Made by a program: the position numbers and the translations under genes. From a bacterium (GTDB taxonomy: Bacteria > SM23-31): a DNA stretch of 47,029 nucleotides. Shown here one piece after another: positions 46,899 through 47,029 of the stretch (positions are counted from its first letter, which is position 1; each line of letters begins with the position of its first letter). Location of the stretch: positions 1 to 47,029 of the forward strand of contig CBDFMG010000001.1 of assembly GCA_965249485.1 (NCBI GenBank), in the 5' to 3' direction. The notes beneath the pieces were generated by a model, which did no database searches, had not been told where the DNA came from, and saw only the letters and a list, made by a program, of their open reading frames with translations.

Positions 46899-47029
46899 GG
46901 TAGACTTCCACCCCTGGCCTGGTTTGCTTGCTGCTCAGCTAATTTCAACATTTATACCTGAAAACGTTTTTGAAAAAAATAATATTACTCCATAATCAAG
47001 GTAGAAAAAATCTTTGAGCCCGACAACTA

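Overview
This 47-kb window is entirely accessory DNA, with no housekeeping, rRNA, tRNA or CRISPR loci. It comes from a Bacteroidota host, judging by T9SS type A and type B C-terminal domains, DUF5712/BfmA-type mobilisation genes and TTG-N20-(T/C)AnnTTTG promoters. It reads as a head-to-tail mosaic of plasmid-like units. Three different Rep_3-type initiators, plus the 5-codon ghost of a fourth, each sit next to their own iteron or DnaA-box origin. Each is followed by the same ~250-400-bp hairpin-rich element (C1) and by an intact, co-oriented DUF1640/Bdr-like membrane-anchored coiled-coil gene. That gene has six full copies of 82-118 aa that differ mainly by in-frame 4/7/11-aa stalk units, plus two fragments. 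Between these backbones lies variable cargo: a thermonuclease, a type III R-M operon with an embedded PD-(D/E)XK gene, T9SS substrates, an amidohydrolase, two ParA/RHH partition pairs, two mobilisation modules, a Dcm-Vsr-EcoRII-like type II R-M system, a lipoprotein, two complete IS605 (tnpA/tnpB) elements and many truncated or fused gene fragments. Notable non-coding features are two Xer (dif/cer-like) sites that share an accessory arm, a repeated structured element (E2) with a compensatory base change, and a candidate ~80-nt sRNA. The sequence alone cannot tell an in vivo cointegrate or plasmid graveyard from an assembly or amplification concatemer of related plasmids. All family assignments are by motif recognition, not database search.
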